In this document: positions 29,665-39,900 of the stretch, in pieces | Layout: every line of letters begins with the position of its first letter | Numbering within the stretch: the stretch's first letter is position 1 | IMG/VR virus record: IMGVR_UViG_3300028569_002801 | Span: 50,716 to 114,715 of that record | DNA from: a virus | Length of the DNA stretch: 64,000 nucleotides | Strand: one strand, 5' to 3' | Translations under genes and position numbers: made by a program | Notes under the pieces: model-generated | What the model saw: only the letters and a program-made list of their open reading frames with translations | Databases searched by the model: none | What the model was told of the DNA's origin: nothing

Positions 29665-32600
29665 CTAGTTTGGATTTAGAACAAAATTTTCATACAGCGT
29701 TGTAAAAATGGTAACATAATTATTATATACACTAATTACCTTTGTATTTGTGTTATTAATTACTTCGTTTTTAATTTGTTCCGCAGTTAAGGGTGGTGGT
29801 CCAAAAGCCACCGGAGTATTCCAAGTTGTATAACATATTTGAGCTAAAGCCTTACCATACTGTTTATATTCATTAGTATCAATATTTAATGTTTTTAATG
29901 ATTCTATTAATGGTATCATTGATTGGTAAAAGGACACCATAAATTTAGTAGATGTTGTTGTATCTAAAAAACTCGCTAAAGCCACCGAGACACCCATAAT
30001 GTCAACACATGTCTGCTCTTTTAAATATGTATCTAAACTACCATTATGTTTTGTTTCTGTTGATATCTCGTATAAATTATTATTTATTGAATTCAATAAC
30101 GCCAAATCAGTCTCATAACTATTAACGGGTCTTGTAAGAGCAATACCTAAAAGTAATGCTCTTAACGCACTATTGGTTGTTTCCGCCTTAATGATTGGTA
30201 ATAATTCTTCATATGTTATTGCGGTTCTTTTTACATCAACAAACGGTAATGACGTGTATTTTGTTTTTTCTTTACACGCATCGGTACCCGTTTTAGTTGT
30301 TTTTATAGTTGGATCGGTATTGATTAATGTTTCTCCTGATGTAGGGGTGTTTGTTTTTTTATTTTTTTCTTTGTACGACTGTAATATTTTTTGATTAACG
30401 TTAATTAATAAGTTATCTACATTAGGTAAACTATATTTAGGTATTCTTGTTCCTTTAAATTTAGTTGTAAATCCGTTTTCAGATATATTATGATCAACTT
30501 CATAAATCCAATAAGGACCATAAAATAATGGTACATGTCTTAATACAAAATACATTGTTGGTTGTATCATTACATTACCCATTGATTCAACTCCACAACT
30601 ATAAGATCTAGATTTATAGATACTATACATAGAAACTGATTGCTGAGCAACTTTATCCCCCGCCACAGAACCACCAATATCAGCAAATACTTTAAAAGAC
30701 TCTGAAGTGTTTTTCATTTCAGACATATCTAAATCTAAATTCTTAAACATGTTTTGATTTTGTATTCCAAAATCAACACTAAACCCAACAACCCTATTTG
30801 TTTTAGAGTAGTCTCTTTTTGGGTCTGAGATTCTCAACGGGTTATCAGTAATTCTTAAATCAAAACTATCATCATCAAATCTAATAAATGAATTTTCTTT
30901 TGGTTTTGGGTATTCAGACGGGTTACCCATGTATAAACATAAAAACTTAGGACTCGACTTAGTGTAATCAACTTCTAAGTATGTACCAAATAACGAGTTA
31001 GGTATTTCAATATCTATTGATTGTCCGTTTTTTATTGCTGTTTGTATACCATAAAAATTTATATATGCCGGCATTGCAAAAAACATAAACTGATTGTCAC
31101 CTAAAATGTTACTTACTACCGTCATTAGATTCATGTCTGGATTATTCTGAGTATCTAATCTTTTCACTATCTTATCAACATCGACAACGTAAACATCACC
31201 AACATCACTATTAGCCCTATCCATAAATAAAAAGTCCTCAAATAATGTGACATATTTTAAATCAGAACCAGCAATCCATTTATCGTTAAACCCTTTTAAT
31301 GTGTTGTAAAGCGATAACTTACCAACATCCCCAGTAACTGAATTTGTTGTATTATCTTTTACGGTTATATTATTTAAATCTTTATTTAAATTTAAAAATG
31401 TTTGATTTAATATTTTTTCTTGTATTGATTTTTGATCAGTTAAAAACTGATTTATTAATGTTGTAAATGTTTGTTTATTTAAATTTGGGTTATCTAACTT
31501 CTTTTGTGCATATAACCTTATAAGTGGATATGTTTTTATTACATTATCACTTGTAAATTCAATGTCGTTATCAATAAAGAAATCCGCAACAGTAGACTTA
31601 GGTGTTCCAAACAACGGAACCACAGGTTGTGGTTGATTTGCAGGTAACTGTTGTTGAGGTGTTAAATTTTGTTGTTGTTGATGTTGTGATAAACAATTTT
31701 GACTAGGTATTTTATATGTTAAACATTTAACCGCAGCGTTTGTATCATTTGGGTATGGGTATTCATCATAATCCAAAGTATATGTCTTAATTAAAAATAA
31801 CGTTTGTGGTTGGTTCGGCGGATTAAATGTTGTTGTATTTGCGATTTTCCTAGCACAAAAATTTGTGGAGTTAGGAGTAAAAGACTCTATCGCCTCAAGA
31901 TAATATACTTCACCCTCCACGTAAGTACTACCAGTAGTAACAACATCAGATGTATTAAGTGGTATTACAACATTAAATATCTCATTAGGTGAACAACAAC
32001 TTTGGAACGTGTAATGTGTTGATGGTGTAATCGCGGATGTTGGTGATGTAGTCGCACTTGGCGTTGTAGTCGCACTTGGCGTTGTAGTCGCACTTGGCGT
32101 TGTTGAAGGAAATGCAGGATTCGGTTGTCCGGGGTAATCTATACCGTATATCGATGAGAACCCTAAATACGTCCTTAGAGTATTCCAAGCATCCTGATTT
32201 TGGGTAACACTTTGTAATAAAGTAACATTTGTACCATCTCCAGGAAGAGTTCCTTTTACGTATGGATTAAATGTATATTTTTCAAATTCAGGAACAAATT
32301 CCTTAAGATTTGAAAATGAGTTAAATAACCTTCTATCAAAGTTACCTGGATTACCTAATTTAAGTACACAATCAAAATTTAAAAATTCTTTTAGAGATGA
32401 GGTAAATGTTGCCATTTGTTTTTGTGCTAATGTTTTACCATCAACGTCCTCATTCACAAAAGTAATTCCAGATTTATTAACTAAAAATAAACTTAGTATC
32501 TGATTGTATAATCTTTTTTGTGCGATGTTTGCAACTTTATTACTGTTAGTATATGATGGATCAATTATCTCTTCTTTTAATATTAAATTTTTAGATAATG

Positions 32601-35600
32601 GTTTGTAATTACAAAAACCAATAAATTGTTCTTCAAATTTATCTAACATCTCAGGAGTAAAAACTGAAAATATTTCTTCAATAGATGAGTACTCCGATTG
32701 TGCGGATTTTAAATCAAATGGTGTTTGTGAGTCAGTATTTAATTTAATAGCCTTTAAATATTGTGTAGGTGTTGGTTTTTTAAGTAGACTATTATCAAAA
32801 TACCCAAAGTGTGGTGCCGACCATAAACTTCTTACTGAACCATTATATAATGAATTATTATTAATTAATTCCTTTGTTAAAATGTTATTAGAATTGACAC
32901 ACTCATAAATTGATTGATCAATCGGTATCCCCCCCATAGAAGGGAATAACATAATATACTGTTGTGTTGTTCCACTTTTTTCTGCGTAGTTATAGTAATT
33001 AGTTTTTTGTAGTGATCTGTCGGGATTTAAAGTGTCAAACCCAAAATTTAAATAATTACTTGATTGGTTATTCTTACCTACCCTAAAATTATTATCATTG
33101 TACGCGTTTTGAAAATCATTTGTTGTGTATCCTGTAAATAAGTCTTTTCCATTAACAAAATTATATACAGAATTTATTACTTTAGGATAAAACCCCGTAC
33201 CAATAAAGTCCTTGCTTTGTACTGATGGTATTGGGAAATTTTCAGTTTTTTGTAATACCATAGTTTGGCTATTACCACTATAATCAGGAATGGTGTACTG
33301 CGTTGTTAATCCTGAAGTTACGGGATCGTACGAACCAACATAATCAAAATTCTTCCAAACAGAATCTAATATGTCTACATTTTCATTAACATATTTTTTA
33401 TATCTATACCATATAGATCCATATTTTAAAACCCAAGCATATGGTACTTGGTGTACCGCTGAGTATTTTTTAAGTGTTGACGCTAAATAATCTAAATCAG
33501 TCGCAACATCATTCTCTATTGATTTTATTTTTTCTTTTGTGGTTATTAGTGGTAATGAATTTAAAAATAGATACCCTAATGTTGTAAATGCGTTATCTGT
33601 GTTTGTTTTGTTTTCATCAACACCCTTCACTAATGCGTTAATAAAATATGGAGTGTTAAGTAAAGAGGTTGTTTGAATTTGAGTTCCAACATTTCCTGAA
33701 TATGAATTACCATAATTAACATAAGATTCAGTAATATAAAAATCTTTGATTTCCCTTCCACTATAAAAATTTTTAAGAGCTAACTGACTATTAATTGGTG
33801 CGTTTGTTGTTGCTAAGTATGGTTGTGCTCCGTTATTTAGTGTTCTAAAATCACTTAATAAACTTAAGTTTGTATATTTTTCAGTCTCATTAATTCTTGC
33901 AATAGTCTTTTTGTCATCTAAATAAATGAACGTCTTTGTTGTGTCGTTGAATTGTTCTACACCTCCTACGGTATTACCGTTAGATGTGTTTCCACTAACC
34001 CAACTTAAATTAGTGAATGGGTACGTATCTAAAAAACTAATTTTAGATGAGTCCGTACTTTCTAAATATTCTTTTAAATTTTTAGATAATTCTAAATCAG
34101 ACGAAATTTTTATAGATCTATTAGATAATGTATCAATACTATATATGTCGTTTGTTGATTTTAATAAATTATCAATATATTCAGTCTTATATTTACTTCT
34201 TATGTATGTTTGCCAACTTTCACCTTGCCCACTATTTGATATCTTCTTAAGATATGTAATAAAATCATTATAATTAAATTTATAATTTTTTAATATCTGA
34301 TTTAATTCTATATTATTACCAATAGAGTTTGATATATTTTTACTTTCTATGTCACCATAAAATTTATCAATTTGTTTTTTAGATATTTCTTCGTTAATAA
34401 ATTTAGTATAATACGAAGATAGGTATGTTCTTTCAAATAATTCATAAAAGAAAGGGATAGCAACTAAGTCTTGGTATGGTGCAGTTTTAAATGGAAACTC
34501 AATCGCGTTAGCCGAAACATAACTACTGTAATCTGCCAAATTATTATATACATTAGCAGATGTAGGTTTAGACGTTTCTGTCGCTCCTTTTAAATATGCT
34601 TCAACGAAACCAATTTCCGGCCATATTCTATAGTCATACGCCTTTGTTTGTTTAATAACTTTAGAGTCACCAGGGTATTGTATTGTATATAGTTCTCTAC
34701 CGTCAGCCTGTTTTTCTTTAATAAAATATAACGGCCAAGGATAAATAACATTATCTTTATCTAACGTTCCACTAGATGATTGTATTGAGTTGAGTCCGTC
34801 AACTGAAAAACTTTTATCGGGTGGTATTACCGCTAATAGTCTTGCGGTTTCATTTCTTACGTCCCAAGCGGCTTGGTGTGTGTCTTCCATTAATCTATAA
34901 AAGGCGTCTGCCCCTGCAAAAATAATGGCAAAAATATTTCTTATTGTTGGTTTAAACCCTAACCCCCCTTGTGCTGGATTTTTTAATGATCTGTCCGCTA
35001 ATATTTGAGAAAGATTCCTTTCAATTATCTCCTCATTTGTTGCCAAAGTTTTTTCAGCGTCATCAATATCATCTAAAAAACTATTGGGTACATATGACCC
35101 ATCAGATACTGTTTTATCACCAAAAACAAAGTAAGTGGTATCATCATCAACCCATTCTTTTTTTTCGTTTAATACTTTTTCTTTAAGTAGTTTGTTTTTA
35201 TCCTCATCTAACTTAAACTTTTCAAAATCATTTTTTCCTTGTTCAGTTGATAAGTCTACAGGTTTATTAAATCTAAAAAAATATGTGTTTTGTAAATCGT
35301 TAGTATTATTAATCCACGCCTCAAAATTTAATTTTTTTAATACGTCATTTTTATTTTTAATTTTTAATGGTATTTCTCTTTTACCTCCTTTACCAAAAGT
35401 TTTATTATTATTTAATTTATCTAAATAATATTTAATTCTTTCTTCAATTTTTGTTTTATAATCTTCTTTTGTTTGATATTCAATGTCTTTTTTAAATGGG
35501 TAATAAATTAATTTTTGATCACCACTAACATAAAAACTACTTTTATCTAAAAACTTATCAATTGAATTTGTGTATACACTTTTTCTTAATGATTGTAGGG

Positions 35601-36624
35601 TTTCTCTATAATCTTGTATGTCGTTTAGTTGTGAAAAATCCCCCTGATTAGCGGCATCTTGTTGTAGTTTAGTTGCGTAATTTTCAACTCTATACTTAAA
35701 CTCATCTATAGATAGTTGTGGAAAATCGTCGGGTATTAATCCCTTTCTTTTATATATTTCATAAACCTCATCTAATTTTTGTCTACCCTTATATGTGTTT
35801 TTTGTTTGTAACGTATTGTTACTGTTATCCCTATATGTGATTTCAGTATTATACATTTTAGGGGCAGTTACCGCATATTGTAAAGGAGTGTCAAATAATA
35901 GTGCAGTAAACTTACCAACAAGTTTTAAACTGATATCATAATTTCCGGTATTTGAATCGAACCTAGCATTAAAGGATAGTAAAGATAAACGATATCTAAT
36001 CGCCTTTCCGTAATAACCCTTTAGTGTTAAATAAAATAATGGGTATGGAAAATTAAAGAATGCAGAATATATAGAACTATCCCCTTGTTCAAAAAGTGTC
36101 CTTCCTTGTATGTCTGTCATTTCAATGTTAACTTCAGGAACCCCCGTCCCTTTAACATTAACCCTAATTGATTTAATACCCAACATTTGGGTATCTTCGT
36201 GTCTTGTAATTGAATTTTTAAATCTTGATTTACCGTCAATGGTTACGACTTGTTCGGTTTTTTGATTTGCCCCCTTACCTAATCTTGATTCAAACCCTGT
36301 TAATTGATCAGACCAACTACTATCAAACGAGGTTTTACCTTTTGGTTTTAAAAAGTTTATTTTTAAATCGTCATCCCCTTGAAATAATGTTGCAACGGTT
36401 GTATTAACAACTGGCGAATCAAATGTCTCACCTATCGCCAATTTTGTTCGTGGGATTATAAATGTTTCTAAGTTAGCGTAATAAACTAAATCTTCATGAT
36501 CCACCAATCTTGGTGCCGCCTGATTATTCTCGTCGTAAATTTGGTTCGGGTTTACTAAGAGTATGTTATCGTACTCCATTTCAACAAATATTTTTTTTGT
36601 TTGTTTTAGTCTTTTATCTGCCAT
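29665..36624 (-). CDS. giant baseplate hub protein (gp27/gpD/VgrG-like termini) with large insertions
   Basis: C-terminal GNVMIQPTMYF...YGPYWIYEVDHNISENGFTTKFKGTR is a gpD/gp27-type hub signature. Follows the LysM gene. Start likely MADKRLK (36624). Confidence 0.65.
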   Translation of the reverse strand: MADKRLKQTKKIFVEMEYDNILLVNPNQIYDENNQAAPRLVDHEDLVYYANLETFIIPRTKLAIGETFDSPVVNTTVATLFQGDDDLKINFLKPKGKTSFDSSWSDQLTGFESRLGKGANQKTEQVVTIDGKSRFKNSITRHEDTQMLGIKSIRVNVKGTGVPEVNIEMTDIQGRTLFEQGDSSIYSAFFNFPYPLFYLTLKGYYGKAIRYRLSLLSFNARFDSNTGNYDISLKLVGKFTALLFDTPLQYAVTAPKMYNTEITYRDNSNNTLQTKNTYKGRQKLDEVYEIYKRKGLIPDDFPQLSIDEFKYRVENYATKLQQDAANQGDFSQLNDIQDYRETLQSLRKSVYTNSIDKFLDKSSFYVSGDQKLIYYPFKKDIEYQTKEDYKTKIEERIKYYLDKLNNNKTFGKGGKREIPLKIKNKNDVLKKLNFEAWINNTNDLQNTYFFRFNKPVDLSTEQGKNDFEKFKLDEDKNKLLKEKVLNEKKEWVDDDTTYFVFGDKTVSDGSYVPNSFLDDIDDAEKTLATNEEIIERNLSQILADRSLKNPAQGGLGFKPTIRNIFAIIFAGADAFYRLMEDTHQAAWDVRNETARLLAVIPPDKSFSVDGLNSIQSSSGTLDKDNVIYPWPLYFIKEKQADGRELYTIQYPGDSKVIKQTKAYDYRIWPEIGFVEAYLKGATETSKPTSANVYNNLADYSSYVSANAIEFPFKTAPYQDLVAIPFFYELFERTYLSSYYTKFINEEISKKQIDKFYGDIESKNISNSIGNNIELNQILKNYKFNYNDFITYLKKISNSGQGESWQTYIRSKYKTEYIDNLLKSTNDIYSIDTLSNRSIKISSDLELSKNLKEYLESTDSSKISFLDTYPFTNLSWVSGNTSNGNTVGGVEQFNDTTKTFIYLDDKKTIARINETEKYTNLSLLSDFRTLNNGAQPYLATTNAPINSQLALKNFYSGREIKDFYITESYVNYGNSYSGNVGTQIQTTSLLNTPYFINALVKGVDENKTNTDNAFTTLGYLFLNSLPLITTKEKIKSIENDVATDLDYLASTLKKYSAVHQVPYAWVLKYGSIWYRYKKYVNENVDILDSVWKNFDYVGSYDPVTSGLTTQYTIPDYSGNSQTMVLQKTENFPIPSVQSKDFIGTGFYPKVINSVYNFVNGKDLFTGYTTNDFQNAYNDNNFRVGKNNQSSNYLNFGFDTLNPDRSLQKTNYYNYAEKSGTTQQYIMLFPSMGGIPIDQSIYECVNSNNILTKELINNNSLYNGSVRSLWSAPHFGYFDNSLLKKPTPTQYLKAIKLNTDSQTPFDLKSAQSEYSSIEEIFSVFTPEMLDKFEEQFIGFCNYKPLSKNLILKEEIIDPSYTNSNKVANIAQKRLYNQILSLFLVNKSGITFVNEDVDGKTLAQKQMATFTSSLKEFLNFDCVLKLGNPGNFDRRLFNSFSNLKEFVPEFEKYTFNPYVKGTLPGDGTNVTLLQSVTQNQDAWNTLRTYLGFSSIYGIDYPGQPNPAFPSTTPSATTTPSATTTPSATTSPTSAITPSTHYTFQSCCSPNEIFNVVIPLNTSDVVTTGSTYVEGEVYYLEAIESFTPNSTNFCARKIANTTTFNPPNQPQTLFLIKTYTLDYDEYPYPNDTNAAVKCLTYKIPSQNCLSQHQQQQNLTPQQQLPANQPQPVVPLFGTPKSTVADFFIDNDIEFTSDNVIKTYPLIRLYAQKKLDNPNLNKQTFTTLINQFLTDQKSIQEKILNQTFLNLNKDLNNITVKDNTTNSVTGDVGKLSLYNTLKGFNDKWIAGSDLKYVTLFEDFLFMDRANSDVGDVYVVDVDKIVKRLDTQNNPDMNLMTVVSNILGDNQFMFFAMPAYINFYGIQTAIKNGQSIDIEIPNSLFGTYLEVDYTKSSPKFLCLYMGNPSEYPKPKENSFIRFDDDSFDLRITDNPLRISDPKRDYSKTNRVVGFSVDFGIQNQNMFKNLDLDMSEMKNTSESFKVFADIGGSVAGDKVAQQSVSMYSIYKSRSYSCGVESMGNVMIQPTMYFVLRHVPLFYGPYWIYEVDHNISENGFTTKFKGTRIPKYSLPNVDNLLINVNQKILQSYKEKNKKTNTPTSGETLINTDPTIKTTKTGTDACKEKTKYTSLPFVDVKRTAITYEELLPIIKAETTNSALRALLLGIALTRPVNSYETDLALLNSINNNLYEISTETKHNGSLDTYLKEQTCVDIMGVSVALASFLDTTTSTKFMVSFYQSMIPLIESLKTLNIDTNEYKQYGKALAQICYTTWNTPVAFGPPPLTAEQIKNEVINNTNTKVISVYNNYVTIFTTLYENFVLNPN
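32047..32100. repeat. perfect 18-nt tandem repeat x3 encoding (TPSATT)n
   Basis: tgtagtcgcacttggcgt three times, in frame within the hub gene. Confidence 0.95.
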
Positions 36625-36931
36625 AATAAAAAATATGTGTATCCAGGGCAGATTTGTAGTCTTGCAGGGCAGCAACTAACGGAAAAGGTACAACTAATAT
36701 TGTTCCATCGGGTATGTTCGTCTCCAATCCTCCATATAATGGGTTTGCCATCATTATTAACCAACCAAAATATGGTGCTCCATATTTTTCGTAACTTATC
36801 TTATCTAACCTACTTTGATTTTTTCTATAAATATATCTTTGATCTGACGATCTTGCAGGTAAACTTAAAAATGGTACTACGGTTTGTTTACCATTAATTA
36901 AAAAATTACCATATCTATCATAATATTGCAT
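36614..36931 (-). CDS. LysM-like baseplate protein (T4 gp53 / P2 gpX-like)
   Basis: SRLDKISYEKYGAPYFGWLIMMANP...IPDGTILVVP. Confidence 0.85.
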   Translation of the reverse strand: MQYYDRYGNFLINGKQTVVPFLSLPARSSDQRYIYRKNQSRLDKISYEKYGAPYFGWLIMMANPLYGGLETNIPDGTILVVPFPLVAALQDYKSALDTHIFYYGR

Positions 36932-36932
36932 A

Positions 36933-39900
36933 TTAATTAAACGTTTTTTTCAAATTAAATTTATTCCACTGTGAGTTTTGATCCGACCACACCTCTTTTA
37001 AATTAGTATCATTAGGTGGATTAATAGGGTTTTGAGTCTCATAGTTTAAAATCCTAGTTTTTTCCTTATTATATGGATTATAGGTGTTGTATTTATTTTT
37101 ATAGAAATTATCATTGAATGACTTAAATCTATTATCAACATTAGTTTTTGATTTATTATAACTATCAACTAATCCCGTATCTTTAGTGTAGAATGTTACA
37201 CCAAAATATGCCTTCCAATTATCTTTCGTTTGAGTATCCTCATTTTTCAATCCATTATCAACAACATCATTACTAAACCCTTCAGCGTCTAAAGCAATAT
37301 CTTTTCCAAATAACATAAAAAATCTATTTTCAGGTGGTGTTGTATATGACGGATCATCTGCAATATATGTATTAAACACAAATGTATCATTAAACGAATC
37401 GGTATCCCCTGATGCGATAATTTTTGTTTCGTATAGTTTGTTATAATATTCATTTAAATCTGAACGTATTTTTAAGAAATCTTGTACAAGTTCTGAATAG
37501 GTGTCAGTCACACCAACACTTGCAGGATCAACACCTGTTCCCCCACTTAAACTATACATAACAACACTACCGTTTTTAGCGATATAACCGTCATTAGCAC
37601 TTGTTACAAAATTTAATTTATCAATTGTACTGATTAATTTTAATTCCTCATTTGCAATTGTCGTATTACAATTTTCTAATAATGCCAAAAGTACGGAACC
37701 CCTATCATCAATTAATTTTTTAATTTGTCTTTTTATTTTTCTTATATCTGAATCTGCAAAATTTTGGTATTGTACTTCAGGTAATAAAGGGCACGTTCCA
37801 TCATCAACATCGTTTTTTGCTTCTTTTACTAGTAATTCAATTTTATTTTGTATTGATTCCGATTTACCGTATATATTTGCAGTGTTTGTTGTGTTACCTG
37901 TTAAATAGTCAAATAACCCATCAGTGAATTTCCTATCTTTTGTCGACATTAAAAGCCCCCCTAATAGATAATTTTCATTAATTTTTTCTAAATTGGTAAT
38001 TGTAGTGTCAGCGTACGATTTTGTTTGATCAGCTAATGTTTTCATAATATCTTGATATGATATTGTCCCGTAAGCCTTTTGAGTATTTAAATCATATGAG
38101 TTTGTTTTTATAGCTCCAATAGTATCTCCAGCATCATTTGTTCTTTGTTTTACAGGATCATCTTTTATACCTAACTGATCTTTTATGTCTGCCAAGATTT
38201 CAGCATCGTATTGTGATGTTGCATCCTCAGTGGAGTCAGCCCTTTCATCATAGATTTCAGTGTTTGCGTAGTAATTAAAAGACAGTGCGTTTTGTAGTTT
38301 AGCTATTGGTGCTGCCAATCCATGTCCACCAATAAAATTAAAACTAACACTAATGTCAGCAATCATTGGCTGTACACCAATACCTTCGGGATTTAAATCA
38401 AATTTTGCATCTTCATATTTAATACTTAATGAGTCGATTGCTATTTTTGTGTGAAAGAAATCCCCAATTCTTAAAACACATATAGGTGGAGCCCCAAATA
38501 CACTGTTTGTTACATCGTTGTAAATTAACTTTGTGTTTTCTCCGTCTTTTGATACTGTAGGTATCGTGTCTCCGGGTCTCATACATTGTTGTAAAAACGT
38601 TAATCTAGCATTTAACCCTTCAGGAGTTATTGAATGGAAAACCGGATGAAAATGTTTAAGTTTACTTTTTAAACCATCATATATCATAGGATCCCTTTGT
38701 TTTACTAATTCAAAATAATTACACTCGGTTAATAATTTTCTTGCAAGTCTTTTGGTTAAGTCTTGTCTTGGTTGGGTTGTTCTTTTTACTATAGGGTCTT
38801 GTTTTTGTCTTGTTGTTGTATAACCTGCAGGATCATTACTTGGGATTCCTGATGTTGTGGTACTACCATTTCCCGGATTTTCTTCAGGTTCAGTAAATAC
38901 TTCCTCATTAGGCGGGTTATCGTTTGTTTGCGTTGATGGTGGTTGCTCAACATCTACCTGTGGTGGTGCCTCATGTTTTACATCAAGTATCCTAACACGT
39001 CTACACGCCATAGCATTTACTGATACCGTACCCTCATTACTATCACTTTTATAATCTCTACTACAATCAATGTATTTGTATTTTGGATCGATGATATTAG
39101 TCGTCTCACCTTCGGGTGTTTGTGTTATTGTTAAATTTTTTCCTATTTCATTTTTTAGTTTTACTCCATCATATTCAAAGTTAGATATAAATTGTAATAC
39201 TGAATCTATTCTTCTTTTTGATAAATCTAAGTTGTATCCAGTGTTAGTTACTGCTGATGCTGATGATTTTAAAGTGAAAGATATTTTACCTCCTTGTTTT
39301 AATGCAATACAAACCTGCGTTAAAAACGCCTTTACTTCTTCAAACTCAGCATCAATATACCCAAAAAATTCATTAATTGAGTCTATTCTTGTCTCAATAT
39401 AGTCTCCTAAATATTTTTCTTGTAATTCTATTGCTCCGTTTATAATTGTATTAACATAATCAACATAAGTTGCATCACCATATTTAATTATTTTTTTTCT
39501 TGCTGCTCCAAAATTTCTTATACCATCACTACCCCCTGTATCATAAAGTGGTTTTAAATTCTTATATGCTATAAGTGTTTGATCGTAAGATTTACCAGCT
39601 TTAGTTGGTTCTGTTGATGATTTCATTCTTGGGAAATCGTTATGGAAAAAAAATAATGGTTCGGTAAACTTTAATACTTCTGGCTCAGGTGGTTCGGTAA
39701 ACACATCTATAGTTGATACTGTAGGTGTTGGCGTTGGGTTAGGTATTGGTGTTGGTGTTGGATTAGGTATTACATCCTCATCAACCAAGTTTTCAACAGT
39801 CTCATTAGGCAACATTTCAGTAACCGTTATTATATCTTCCGGATAGATTATTTCTTCCATTACCTGAAAAACATCATTAGGCGTAAACATTGGGAATTTT

